This document shows, piece by piece, positions 47,499 to 56,650 of a stretch of 64,000 bases of DNA; position 1 is the stretch's first letter; the number at the start of each line of letters is the position of its first letter. The position numbers were made by a program, and so were the translations under genes. The notes beneath the pieces were generated by a model, which searched no databases, was not told the DNA's origin, and saw nothing but the letters and a program-made list of their open reading frames with translations. Origin of the DNA: a virus; IMG/VR virus record IMGVR_UViG_3300017971_000007; one strand, given 5' to 3'.

Positions 47499-47945
47499 AT
47501 GGATATAACAGCATTAGAGGGTTTGTTTGATGAGGTCATAAAGATTGCGGCATCTAAAAGGATGGCTTCGTATATGCAGTCACGAACCGGCACGAGACCA
47601 ATTCGAGTACAGACTCTTTTGGATAAAGAAAATAATCAAACACAACAACCTGATTTGACGATTCAGGAACCGGATACTCAACCTATAGATAAAGAAGCTG
47701 CAGAAGAGGGATGGCAAGAAAAGACAATCCGTCCCTTTGCCGTCGCCAGACCTTATGTGGCTAGCGCTGCCAAAGGAGCTGTCCCAGGTTCCATTATCGG
47801 TACGGTATTAGGCGGAGGGAAAGCCGGGAAGATGACTTTGATTGGAGCCGGGGTTGGAGCAGGTCTAGGAACTCTGGATGCGGCTTTGCAAAAATGGGCC
47901 AAAGATAATCCGAGACAAGCCAAAAAAGCTCTAAAAGGAGTATGA
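47499..47945 (+). CDS. FDE..KIA-tagged protein with glycine-zipper hydrophobic hairpin
   Basis: GLFDEVIKIAA; GAVPGSIIGTVLGG..IGAGVGAGLG. Confidence 0.65.
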   Translation: MDITALEGLFDEVIKIAASKRMASYMQSRTGTRPIRVQTLLDKENNQTQQPDLTIQEPDTQPIDKEAAEEGWQEKTIRPFAVARPYVASAAKGAVPGSIIGTVLGGGKAGKMTLIGAGVGAGLGTLDAALQKWAKDNPRQAKKALKGV

Positions 47946-48457
47946 TGAGGAAGGTAGCTGAACCTCCCCCGCCAAAGGGTGTATCCTCTAGTGAATGGGA
48001 CAGGATACTGTCCGGTCCTCCAAAGAAAGGAACTACAATGCCTGGAAATTTTGGACCTGGCGGAAAGTGGATTCATGACCGTGCTCACCGAATAATGTCT
48101 GAATCACCTGACACAAAAAAAGAGACTGCCTATGCTGTAGCTACTCAGCAGGCCCATAAAGTCGGAAAAAGTCCCAAGGGATTTAAGACGTCTGCTGGTG
48201 TACAGGAAGCCAAACAAAAGTATGGACTTCCAAAAAAAGAATATCAGAAAACCGCTATGCTGGCCGGATTCTTCGACGAGTTGAGTAAATTATCAGCTAT
48301 GGGGATGGATTTGAGGATGAAAGGTCCTGGAGGTGTAAAGAGGCCGCCATTTCCGACTGAGGGGTCCAAAGCATTAGCGAATCAAAAATTAAAGCAGACT
48401 TCCAAGCCTATAAGTCCGCCAAATGTAACTCTTAAATCAGTCACTACGAGGGTGTAA
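47942..48457 (+). CDS. basic protein with internal FFDELSKL tag
   Basis: KTAMLAGFFDELSKLSA. Confidence 0.65.
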   Translation: MMRKVAEPPPPKGVSSSEWDRILSGPPKKGTTMPGNFGPGGKWIHDRAHRIMSESPDTKKETAYAVATQQAHKVGKSPKGFKTSAGVQEAKQKYGLPKKEYQKTAMLAGFFDELSKLSAMGMDLRMKGPGGVKRPPFPTEGSKALANQKLKQTSKPISPPNVTLKSVTTRV

Positions 48458-48458
48458 T

Positions 48459-49004
48459 ATGACTGTTTCAGCAGAAAGATTTATTAACTTCATAAAACAG
48501 GCCAAGCAGGATAATCCCGGAGAAATGAGCGATGTCTCTGGAGAGCAGAACCCAGAGCCGCACGCTATCAAGTATCCAGAAGATGACAGCATGAACGGGA
48601 ATAGACCAGGTCAAGAGTCTCTCACAGGCGGCGCAGAGAGTGAGGCGCGGGAAGGAAAGACTGACTATCTTCGCGAGGCCTTCGAGAATTTTGATTCTGG
48701 TGCAAAGGAAACTGGAGATGTTCTAAACGAGGCCCTGGATAGTTTCGGAGATGAGAGCAACGTTCTGTCCAAACCTCAAACAGAAGTTGCTGGGGAGAAG
48801 TATAGTTCAGCAATAGGTGAGGCGTTTTTGGATGAGTTGTCCAGAATTAAGGAAGCTGGAGGATTGGTCGGTAAGATGCTGACGCATAATATCACTCCAG
48901 GTTCTGGTCCTATTCACAAGAGACTGGTGAAAGGTTTCAAAGGTTTAGGACAATTGGTGAAGTCTCAAGTTAAGCGTCACGGTGCGAAGGGCGCAATAGA
49001 CTGA
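48459..49004 (+). CDS. protein with FLDELSRIKEA tag
   Basis: FINFIKQA; AFLDELSRIKEAG. Confidence 0.65.
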   Translation: MTVSAERFINFIKQAKQDNPGEMSDVSGEQNPEPHAIKYPEDDSMNGNRPGQESLTGGAESEAREGKTDYLREAFENFDSGAKETGDVLNEALDSFGDESNVLSKPQTEVAGEKYSSAIGEAFLDELSRIKEAGGLVGKMLTHNITPGSGPIHKRLVKGFKGLGQLVKSQVKRHGAKGAID

Positions 49005-49007
49005 GAA

Positions 49008-49772
49008 ATGAACCCATTAGACGAAGCATATGAACTTCTCGAAAAAGAGGCTATGGCGAAAAAGCCTCTTACTCCACGCGCCCAGAAAGAAATTCAACTG
49101 TGGCATGACTGGAACAATAGCGGAAGAAAGCCTGATAAATTACGCCCGCTGTTAAAATCATTAGACCCTCTCATCAAAAACAAGCAGAGGTTGTACGAAA
49201 ATAGGTTGAGGGATATTCCTCCACCTGCTATCGCGGCGGAGTTCCAGGACCAGGCCGTAAACGCTATCAAGACCTTTGACCCGAATAGAGCTCAGCTTAA
49301 TACGTGGGTGAATAGTCAACTACGTAAGGTCAACAGATTTGTTGATACATACAGGAATACGGCGAGAATTGGGGAGAAGCGTATCAATCAAATAACTCAA
49401 TTCCAGAACGCGGAATCTCAACTAAAAGATGAACTTGGTAGATCCCCAACTGCATTTGAAATATCAGATTTCGCCAAACTTCCTCTTGGAGATGTCCAGA
49501 AGCTTCAATCGGAGATAAGGAGGACATATCCTACGAGTCAATTCGGCGATGCCAGTCCAGCGGCTGTAGTTCCTTCAAAAACAGATCATATCATGCGTCT
49601 TCTTCCTTATGAACTTACGCCGGAAGAAAACGCGGTGTTTGAGTATGTCTACGGAGTGGGAGGGAAACCAAGTCTCAGCACGAACGAGATAGCAAAAAAA
49701 TTAAATGTCAGCGCTCCAAAAATCTCAAGGCTGAAGCAGAATATCGCTAAAAAGTGGGGTGAATACGAATGA
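49008..49772 (+). CDS. RNA polymerase sigma-70 family factor (group 3, FliA/SigB-like architecture)
   Basis: Region 2 AIKTFDPNR..LNTWV, region 3 ELGRSPTAFEI, region 4 LTPEE..V...STNEIAKKLNVSAPKISRLK. Confidence 0.88.
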   Translation: MNPLDEAYELLEKEAMAKKPLTPRAQKEIQLWHDWNNSGRKPDKLRPLLKSLDPLIKNKQRLYENRLRDIPPPAIAAEFQDQAVNAIKTFDPNRAQLNTWVNSQLRKVNRFVDTYRNTARIGEKRINQITQFQNAESQLKDELGRSPTAFEISDFAKLPLGDVQKLQSEIRRTYPTSQFGDASPAAVVPSKTDHIMRLLPYELTPEENAVFEYVYGVGGKPSLSTNEIAKKLNVSAPKISRLKQNIAKKWGEYE

Positions 49773-49981
49773 CAAAAGCAGCCAGAGACGCAAGGCTTGA
49801 TGAATTAGAAAAAGCTAGTAAAGATTACGGAGAAAAGAAGCTGGAGCAGTTAGACTATGAAGCCCAGTTTCTAGAATCTGTAATCAATAGCAGAACCGGT
49901 GCCGGTCAGCTTGCTGATCAAGGGATATTCGGTTCTGTTGATTTACTGGCTGATTCGATAAAGCAATTTTTGGAGGGATAA
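49769..49981 (+). CDS. hypothetical protein
   Basis: 70 aa, ATGA coupled. Confidence 0.65.
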   Translation: MTKAARDARLDELEKASKDYGEKKLEQLDYEAQFLESVINSRTGAGQLADQGIFGSVDLLADSIKQFLEG

Positions 49982-50277
49982 TGACTGAACAACGTGACGA
50001 GAAAGTCGATGGCGGCGGTAGTTTCGTGATGACAGAAATGGAAGTCCTTCGTGTAAGATTAGCGACTTCCGAGACAGAGATAGTAGCGAGGCAGATAGAG
50101 AAGCATCAATCTGAAATTAAGTATCTGGCTCTGAGAATCAAGGAATTGAATCAAGAGCTATCAAAAAAGAAAGCGAATGAACAAGAAACTATTTCCTCTC
50201 TGTTCTTATCGAGAGGTCTTGGTAGTTGTAAGATAGTCGGTGTCAAGGCCAACATCATCTCATACGAAAAAATTTAG
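49981..50277 (+). CDS. coiled-coil protein
   Basis: 98 aa, GGAGG RBS. Confidence 0.65.
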   Translation: MTEQRDEKVDGGGSFVMTEMEVLRVRLATSETEIVARQIEKHQSEIKYLALRIKELNQELSKKKANEQETISSLFLSRGLGSCKIVGVKANIISYEKI

Positions 50278-50315
50278 TTCCTCCTTCGAGGTATCTCCTT
50301 TTACAATTAGATATT

Positions 50316-50606
50316 ATGGCGGTAACAGTACGAAGAAGAGATCCGTTAGAAGATAGGATAAGGGAGAATATCCTCCTAACCGGAGCATACGATAACTCAA
50401 ATTTAGTGTTCTATCTTCCGGAGTTAGCTGTCCATAATCCTCCCAAGCGACAGGTGAAAATTGTTCATTGTGGAAGATGGGTACAGCCTACAGAGTACGA
50501 GGTGTTGGAGATCGTTCCTGGGAGCGGATTGTATAATAGGATTAAATTGAGGTTCCCTCCGGGACCCACAAGTAGACTGTACGGACATTACGTTACTGCA
50601 GTCTAG
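50316..50606 (+). CDS. small beta-rich virion protein
   Basis: L.G..D.SN..F...G....EY......I..FPP....L.G.Y domain, similar to C-terminus of next gene. Confidence 0.6.
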   Translation: MAVTVRRRDPLEDRIRENILLTGAYDNSNLVFYLPELAVHNPPKRQVKIVHCGRWVQPTEYEVLEIVPGSGLYNRIKLRFPPGPTSRLYGHYVTAV

Positions 50607-50618
50607 AAGGAGTTTTAG

Positions 50619-52802
50619 ATGCCAGTTTATCCAGGACGTATTGACCAACGGTATGACATTAAAGGGTCCTTGAATGTAGACCAAGCCAAGACCCTGTCCG
50701 AAGAGAATGCTAGTACCGGTCCGGAGGTTTCAACTGGGACCGGTGACAGTATTACGATGGATGGCAGCGAAGCCACACTTGTCGATGCCGGGGCCACATT
50801 TACTGATGACATCATCGGTGATTTCATTACCATCGCAGGTGCTACTAACGGCGGTAATAATGGAACATTTATGGTGGAAAGTAGGGTTAGTGGGACTAGT
50901 ATCACATATACCAACGCCTCGGGCGTAACCGAGACGAGTTCTTTCACGTGGACTATCAATCGACCCTACTCTCTTGAAGACGACCTCAATTTTGAGAGAA
51001 CAGACAGAAAATTAATCAAAGGGACGACAAACTACTACGATGACGTTCCCACGTATCAGCGGCCAAGTGCTATCGGGACAGATGTTCCGGCGAATTTGAC
51101 GAATATCGCCGGAAACACTCTCGATGCCAAAACAGAAGTTATTCCAGTCAAGCAGCCTGGAATAAAACTTCGCCCGGATATCACAGACACAGACGGAAAT
51201 GTTCTTGTTTCTGATGAGACTTTTTCTACGACCAACTACCATTTCGTGGCAGACGATCTCGGTTCATTCATCACATTGACCGACGGTACGGCTGTCGGGG
51301 CCACCGGAACCTACAGAATCAAGACCGTGACTGACGGACAGACTGTCGAGCTCGAAGGCCTGGCGGCGACCGGTGCCGGAACAGTCACATGGAAACTTGA
51401 ATCTGATTTGAAAGAGGTACTGTCCAGCAGAAGTTACGCGGATGCGGTGGACCGGAGAGGAGTTCCGATTGCGGATTCCGGAGCATATGACGAAACGAAC
51501 TACGATGCTACGTACGTTGAGATCATAAACGCCAATCCTCTCGGGACTCCTGTAGAGGAAGACGGGGACATTATCTTCGGTCGCAGTTTTGGCGATGAGA
51601 AGGATTCTGGTTCTGGTAATGAAGGAACTAGATTCTTTGTCCAACTTCTGACCGGAGATAATGATGGAACCGCGACTGACAGTAGCCTGGAAGATATCTC
51701 AGGGAAATCGGGGACGGCAGCCAGTGTCACTAACGCTGCCAATACTATCACCGGAGTTGTCGGAGCCCAGCAATCGACAGGTACTGGGGATTCAGTAACG
51801 GCAGCTGATGGAAACAACAAACAGACTCTGGCTGATTCCGGGGCCACGTTCAGTGCCGCCGATATCGGGAGAGTCATTACCATCTCCGGAATGACCAACC
51901 CCAATAACAACGGCGCATTCCTTATCACTGATTATATCGATGCCAACACCATCAAATTTATCAATGCGAGCGGCGGGGCAGAAACTAGTGCCTTTACCTG
52001 GACAATCAATACCAGAGTTGCTACCGAGGCCGATATCGGTAGGTACATTACCGTCTTCGATACCGGAGTTGATGGAAATCAACGACACGCGCTCATTACG
52101 GCCTTTGCCGAAGGTCAGTACACTGTAAGCGGTTCGGCATTTGCTACCGACGCCAATGACGGTTCAATCAAATGGCAGCTTTCTCGTCACCCCGGAACTT
52201 GGGATTTCTACAACGGTGACAGATACCGTAAGGATGAAGTTCCTGAGACTGCTGGCAGAAGAATCCTCATCGGCGGGATTGTCGGTGATGCGGAATTGAC
52301 GGCCGACGTTTCAGAAATCAGGGAATTTCTGGGGGCCGCTGATGGGGATACTGCACCGTCACTGTCCAATACCGGCAACTACTACCCGTTCAGTGATATC
52401 CCCAATCCATCTGATTCTGATGTTGAGGAAGCTCTTAATATCCTGAATAGGGAAATCGGTTCCAGAGATTATAGCGGGACTATATTGACAGATGGACAGT
52501 CTGTCACGGACAGTCTCCAGGCTTTGTCTACTGCTATTGAGAGCGCGAATATGGTGAGGACTATCGAACGCCTGACTTCTGGAATTTCGAAGTACTCCTT
52601 GCATACTCTTCCTGGGAGTATCTCTTATACACTGGACGGGACGAATAATGGGCGGAACATGATCGTGGTTTGGAGAAAACAAATCAGGGTTCCTGGTTCT
52701 GTAGCTAATAACGACGACTATGAAGAATACAGCACAACTCAGATTCGCCCATTTGAAAACATCATCATCGGAGACGCTGTAGAATACTGGATCTATAACT
52801 AA
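50619..52802 (+). CDS. virion structural protein with repeated beta domains (fibre/decoration-like)
   Basis: 727 aa, Thr/Asp/Gly-rich; about 4 copies of F...DIG..ITI.G.T...NNG.F.I unit. Confidence 0.7.
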   Translation: MPVYPGRIDQRYDIKGSLNVDQAKTLSEENASTGPEVSTGTGDSITMDGSEATLVDAGATFTDDIIGDFITIAGATNGGNNGTFMVESRVSGTSITYTNASGVTETSSFTWTINRPYSLEDDLNFERTDRKLIKGTTNYYDDVPTYQRPSAIGTDVPANLTNIAGNTLDAKTEVIPVKQPGIKLRPDITDTDGNVLVSDETFSTTNYHFVADDLGSFITLTDGTAVGATGTYRIKTVTDGQTVELEGLAATGAGTVTWKLESDLKEVLSSRSYADAVDRRGVPIADSGAYDETNYDATYVEIINANPLGTPVEEDGDIIFGRSFGDEKDSGSGNEGTRFFVQLLTGDNDGTATDSSLEDISGKSGTAASVTNAANTITGVVGAQQSTGTGDSVTAADGNNKQTLADSGATFSAADIGRVITISGMTNPNNNGAFLITDYIDANTIKFINASGGAETSAFTWTINTRVATEADIGRYITVFDTGVDGNQRHALITAFAEGQYTVSGSAFATDANDGSIKWQLSRHPGTWDFYNGDRYRKDEVPETAGRRILIGGIVGDAELTADVSEIREFLGAADGDTAPSLSNTGNYYPFSDIPNPSDSDVEEALNILNREIGSRDYSGTILTDGQSVTDSLQALSTAIESANMVRTIERLTSGISKYSLHTLPGSISYTLDGTNNGRNMIVVWRKQIRVPGSVANNDDYEEYSTTQIRPFENIIIGDAVEYWIYN

Positions 52803-52854
52803 AAAAAGAAACGGTACGTGAGACGACCTCACCAGCTACCGTGTTTCTTTTTTT
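52801..52854. terminator. bidirectional terminator
   Basis: AAAAAAAGAAAC...GTTTCTTTTTTT stem between convergent genes. Confidence 0.75.
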
Positions 52855-52873
52855 GTCAGCCATTAATTCCGCA

Positions 52874-53083
52874 TCAGAGCAGGTGTTTCACCAGCTCTGA
52901 TGTTGTCTGGGGGAGTCCCTCCTCCCGTTCACCTGAGTGAACGGGGTTCGAGATCCCAGTTCCGCGCCATTTAAACCAGACTCCGTGGTTCTCGATGTAC
53001 TCTACATCCCAGATGCTGGTTGGCTTCCAATCCCGACCATTCAAATAATTTACAATTACCAAATTCATCAAAACTTTCTTCAT
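52874..53083 (-). CDS. hypothetical protein; antisense early-type cassette inside structural block
   Basis: AAGGAG RBS before ATG 53083; promoter motif at 53110-53137. Confidence 0.65.
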   Translation of the reverse strand: MKKVLMNLVIVNYLNGRDWKPTSIWDVEYIENHGVWFKWRGTGISNPVHSGEREEGLPQTTSELVKHLL

Positions 53084-53151
53084 TATTTTCTCCTTTTCTG
53101 ATTCATTATTCTTATACAGAAAAAGGTGTATATTTTTGCAAATAACGTTTC

Positions 53152-53181
53152 TTGACATAGGGAGATGCAGATTCGTAGTAT
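53152..53181 (+). promoter_or_regulatory. sigma70-like promoter
   Basis: TTGACA-N18-TAGTAT, 6 nt before ATG 53188. Confidence 0.55.
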
Positions 53182-53187
53182 CTCTCT

Positions 53188-53430
53188 ATGTTTTCTAAAA
53201 AAGCAGATCTCAGTTTCAATCAAATAAAACCCCTGAATCATAAGGGACAGCCTAACGAGGACTATCCAAAAGATAGAGTTTGCAAGTCCGGTCATGTAGC
53301 CGCTGAGGGTGCCGTATTCTATGACGTAGGTGGAGATGCACTACCCAGAAGACTTTGGGGAAAGTATTGTGAGTTTTGCGTAAAAGTGGCTCAGGCTAGA
53401 GCTAGACAACGTAGGAGTAATGATGTCTGA
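53188..53430 (+). CDS. small Zn-finger protein
   Basis: CKSGH...YCEFC. Confidence 0.65.
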   Translation: MFSKKADLSFNQIKPLNHKGQPNEDYPKDRVCKSGHVAAEGAVFYDVGGDALPRRLWGKYCEFCVKVAQARARQRRSNDV

Positions 53431-54091
53431 AAATAGAGGAGCAGGATTAAGAGAGAACTTTCTTCGGCTGCAATCTAATCTGGATTCTTTTTTCCAGGCC
53501 GGTGGAGGGGGGAAAGAGGATTTTAGAAGTTTCTGTTACAGACTACTAAGGAATTTTGAGAATGAGATTGTCAAGAACAGGAACCAAATAACCAAGCTAA
53601 AATCAGAGATCTCATTCTGTGAAGCCACGATGAAGGCCTGCGAGACCCAAGCTAATCTAATCGTCAGTATGGTGACGATTATGGCCAATACTCAGAAAAA
53701 AGGCCTTGCCCAAGAGAAAGCCAAAAAACAAGAGGACTATTTTGGAGATAGACCCCTTACAGATAAGGAGATGCTGGAGAAGGTTTGTTCCTGCTTGTGC
53801 CAGGATGAGGAGGACATGGCCAAATGTGACTGTCCCTGCCATGATGGGAAGCCATGTGGTAACGAAGAGTGTAAGGTCTGTTATTCTCCCGATAAAAGTG
53901 GCAAAATTATTGTGTTGAGGGATAAAGCCAAGAAGAAAACTAAGAAAAAGACCTCGACAAAGAAAACTTCCAAAAGGAAGAAGAAATGCCCGGAGGAATC
54001 ACAAACAAAGACATCGAAGACGGATCTATCATCGATGCCGAAGAACTCGCCTCAGACGGAACCTCAGAGTACAACACCGGGGTCTCAGTAG
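53420..54091 (+). CDS. coiled-coil/Cys-cluster/Lys-rich protein
   Basis: CSCLC..CDCPCH..C...C..C cluster; KKKTKKK tail. Confidence 0.65.
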   Translation: MMSENRGAGLRENFLRLQSNLDSFFQAGGGGKEDFRSFCYRLLRNFENEIVKNRNQITKLKSEISFCEATMKACETQANLIVSMVTIMANTQKKGLAQEKAKKQEDYFGDRPLTDKEMLEKVCSCLCQDEEDMAKCDCPCHDGKPCGNEECKVCYSPDKSGKIIVLRDKAKKKTKKKTSTKKTSKRKKKCPEESQTKTSKTDLSSMPKNSPQTEPQSTTPGSQ

Positions 54092-54714
54092 TATCAACTA
54101 CTGCATCTACCAAAGAGGTACTGTTTACTGGTACCAATCTCTACCTAATCCGAGACAAAGACGCCAGAGCCGAATCAGGAGACAAGATAGTTCTGTCCGG
54201 GACTACCGGAGCTGATGGTACATACACCATCGATGAGGTTCTTACAGATACGAAAGTAACTGTAGTCGAATCTATAAATGATTCTACTGGAGGTACGGCA
54301 TCCTTTAGGTACCCGCCCGGGGCATCGAAAGTCGGGGTAGACCCGTCCAGTATAGCTGGAACATCCGCGACGAATGTTCAGCAAGTTCTTGAAGAGATAA
54401 GTGCTGGAAGTGGATGGGGTGAGGACGACCATGAAAATGCTGATACACTGGTACATGAAATCGCTGAAGATAGTGAGGGAGTCATCACGTACAACTCCGA
54501 TGGCGAGGTAACTAATGTTGTTATTAGGGATCAATCAGATACCCCCAAAATAAGAGAAGTAGATATCACGTGGTCAGACGGAGAAATCTCTTCTTTTACT
54601 GAGACTCAGTATAAAGGTGATGGAAGCGAAAAATATCACCTAGACACTACTCTATCTAAAGATGGGGATGGGAACATAATTGGGTGGTCAACAGATAAGG
54701 TGATTCCGACATGA
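53986..54714 (+). CDS. virion structural protein
   Basis: Acidic, beta-rich; GDKIVLSGT.GADGTYTI domain shared with 50619..52802; ATNVQQVLEEI. Confidence 0.65.
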   Translation: MPGGITNKDIEDGSIIDAEELASDGTSEYNTGVSVVSTTASTKEVLFTGTNLYLIRDKDARAESGDKIVLSGTTGADGTYTIDEVLTDTKVTVVESINDSTGGTASFRYPPGASKVGVDPSSIAGTSATNVQQVLEEISAGSGWGEDDHENADTLVHEIAEDSEGVITYNSDGEVTNVVIRDQSDTPKIREVDITWSDGEISSFTETQYKGDGSEKYHLDTTLSKDGDGNIIGWSTDKVIPT

Positions 54715-55280
54715 GTGTTGTTACTATAGTTGCTGCATCCCCTTTTACGATCCGTTCGAATCGTATTAGATATGCAGATTTTTATAAAAATCCGTCCTCG
54801 ACTACATACTATGTCCTCGTCGATTTGGATAATGGCGGCAGTTCATATAGCCATACCTACTCTGCTGGGAAATGGATAAAAATAGTCAGGACTGAGGGTT
54901 CTCTAGTTAAAGCGAAAGTTGCGGATGTATGGGACTCAAAATTGGGGGTCATTGTCTCCATAGACGGTACATCTGCAAACGTTATCTGGATAAATCCCGG
55001 CTCCATACAAGCCAGAGATACCGGAAAATTTGAGGGACGTTCTAGCGTCTCTTTCTTTGTGGACCCCGTACCTCTGGAAGTATCAGCTGGCGATCTGTCG
55101 GACATGGCTGCTGGTAATGAGGAGACTGGGATAACTGCCATCAATACCGGAATAACTTTGAAGGACGTTAAAGATGTGGATGTCACTCCAGCAGTAGGAG
55201 ATCTGATATTGAAAGCAACAAGAACTAGTGGAACCGGTTCTGCTGAGATAAGTCTTCTAGCCGGGTATTTGGTGATGTAA
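54711..55280 (+). CDS. putative virion protein
   Basis: Beta-rich, 189 aa, coupled. Confidence 0.6.
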   Translation: MSVVTIVAASPFTIRSNRIRYADFYKNPSSTTYYVLVDLDNGGSSYSHTYSAGKWIKIVRTEGSLVKAKVADVWDSKLGVIVSIDGTSANVIWINPGSIQARDTGKFEGRSSVSFFVDPVPLEVSAGDLSDMAAGNEETGITAINTGITLKDVKDVDVTPAVGDLILKATRTSGTGSAEISLLAGYLVM

Positions 55281-56650
55281 TGGCTAGAAGAGATAATGAA
55301 CCGTTTGGCGGAGTCCTGTTATACGATGCCTATGATAATCCAATAACCTACAGGCACGGGGATTCTGTAGATTCTGAGAGTTCTGCCATAGCTATTGGTG
55401 GAAGAGATTCATCCTCCCTATTCAGATGGATTAGAACCGATAGATACGGGAATATCCAATCAACTCCATCAGAAAATACCCAGTCAGCTTTCGGAGAGAC
55501 TAAGGTTTCCGAGCCATACCAACTTGCTAATCTGCTGTTCAAGTACAACATCGACCCCCTGGCTTGGGGGACGGATGTTGTCGGCAGTGCAACCGTAACT
55601 CATGTCGCAGCAAAATCCGCGGCTCAGTTATACGTGTCCTCAGCTGATGCGGATAACGCGAGGTTGAGAACTCACGACTATTACCAATACAGATTCGGTC
55701 TAGGGTTATTTGTCAGACTCAATGTCTGGCATTCTGATGAAGGCCAGACAAACCAGGTCAGAGAGTGGGGTATCTTCACTGAAAATGATGGCCTACTCTG
55801 GAAGTTAGATGGTACGGCTTTAAAGATAGTCGTTCGGACTTCAACCAGTGGGTCCCCAGTGGAGACGGTCTATACTCAGGCGAATTGGAGCAATGATCCC
55901 ATGGACGGGACAGGTCCCAGCGGCCTAGACTTGGATATAACCAAAAATAGCACCTACGAAATACAGTTTCAGTGGGGGGCCGGGATAATCAACTTTTTCA
56001 TTGACGGTGTGTTAACTCACAAAATCGAGGGATTCAACAAAAACGCCAGTCCGTTTATGCAGACAGCAGATTTACCGATATCATTCTCCATGAAAAATAA
56101 CGGAGCGTCCACTGCCGGATACATGTATACATGTGGCTCGGCAGCGATGATAGAAAGCGGAGAAGATCTTCCAGATTATTCATTCGGGGCCTATATACCG
56201 TCATATGTCCTTGTCAGTCCAACCGAACGTCCTATTCTGTCCATAAGACCTAAATTAACGTTTAACGGTATTGAGAATAGAATGAGGGTAATTCCAGTAC
56301 TAGGGAAAATAGCCAATGACGGGAAACGAGCTAGCTATAGGGTCATATTAGACGGAACATTAGGGGGAGGAACTAATTTTAATTCCGTCGCAGATGATTC
56401 GGGAGTCGAGTTTGATTATGAATCAACTACTATAAGTGGGGGATTGACGATGCTGGCCGGTCTACTTCCACAGGCAATAGATTCTGACGAAATAAAATTA
56501 TCGATGCTGTTCCATGACGTAAGTAGAGCATTAAGAAGAGAAGCGTTTACGTCGAATGTAAATACCCTGACGATAACAGCAAAAAATGATGGTTCCAGTG
56601 GCGGTGATGTTGAAATGAGAGCATCCATAAATTGGTGGGAAAGCAGATGA
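55280..56650 (+). CDS. virion protein with ConA-lectin-like jelly-roll domain
   Basis: SAFGE..VSEP, WG.F..NDG, Q.NW..D.MDGTGPSG..LD.TK, I.FQWG.G motifs of a widespread phage structural family. Confidence 0.65.
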   Translation: MARRDNEPFGGVLLYDAYDNPITYRHGDSVDSESSAIAIGGRDSSSLFRWIRTDRYGNIQSTPSENTQSAFGETKVSEPYQLANLLFKYNIDPLAWGTDVVGSATVTHVAAKSAAQLYVSSADADNARLRTHDYYQYRFGLGLFVRLNVWHSDEGQTNQVREWGIFTENDGLLWKLDGTALKIVVRTSTSGSPVETVYTQANWSNDPMDGTGPSGLDLDITKNSTYEIQFQWGAGIINFFIDGVLTHKIEGFNKNASPFMQTADLPISFSMKNNGASTAGYMYTCGSAAMIESGEDLPDYSFGAYIPSYVLVSPTERPILSIRPKLTFNGIENRMRVIPVLGKIANDGKRASYRVILDGTLGGGTNFNSVADDSGVEFDYESTTISGGLTMLAGLLPQAIDSDEIKLSMLFHDVSRALRREAFTSNVNTLTITAKNDGSSGGDVEMRASINWWESR

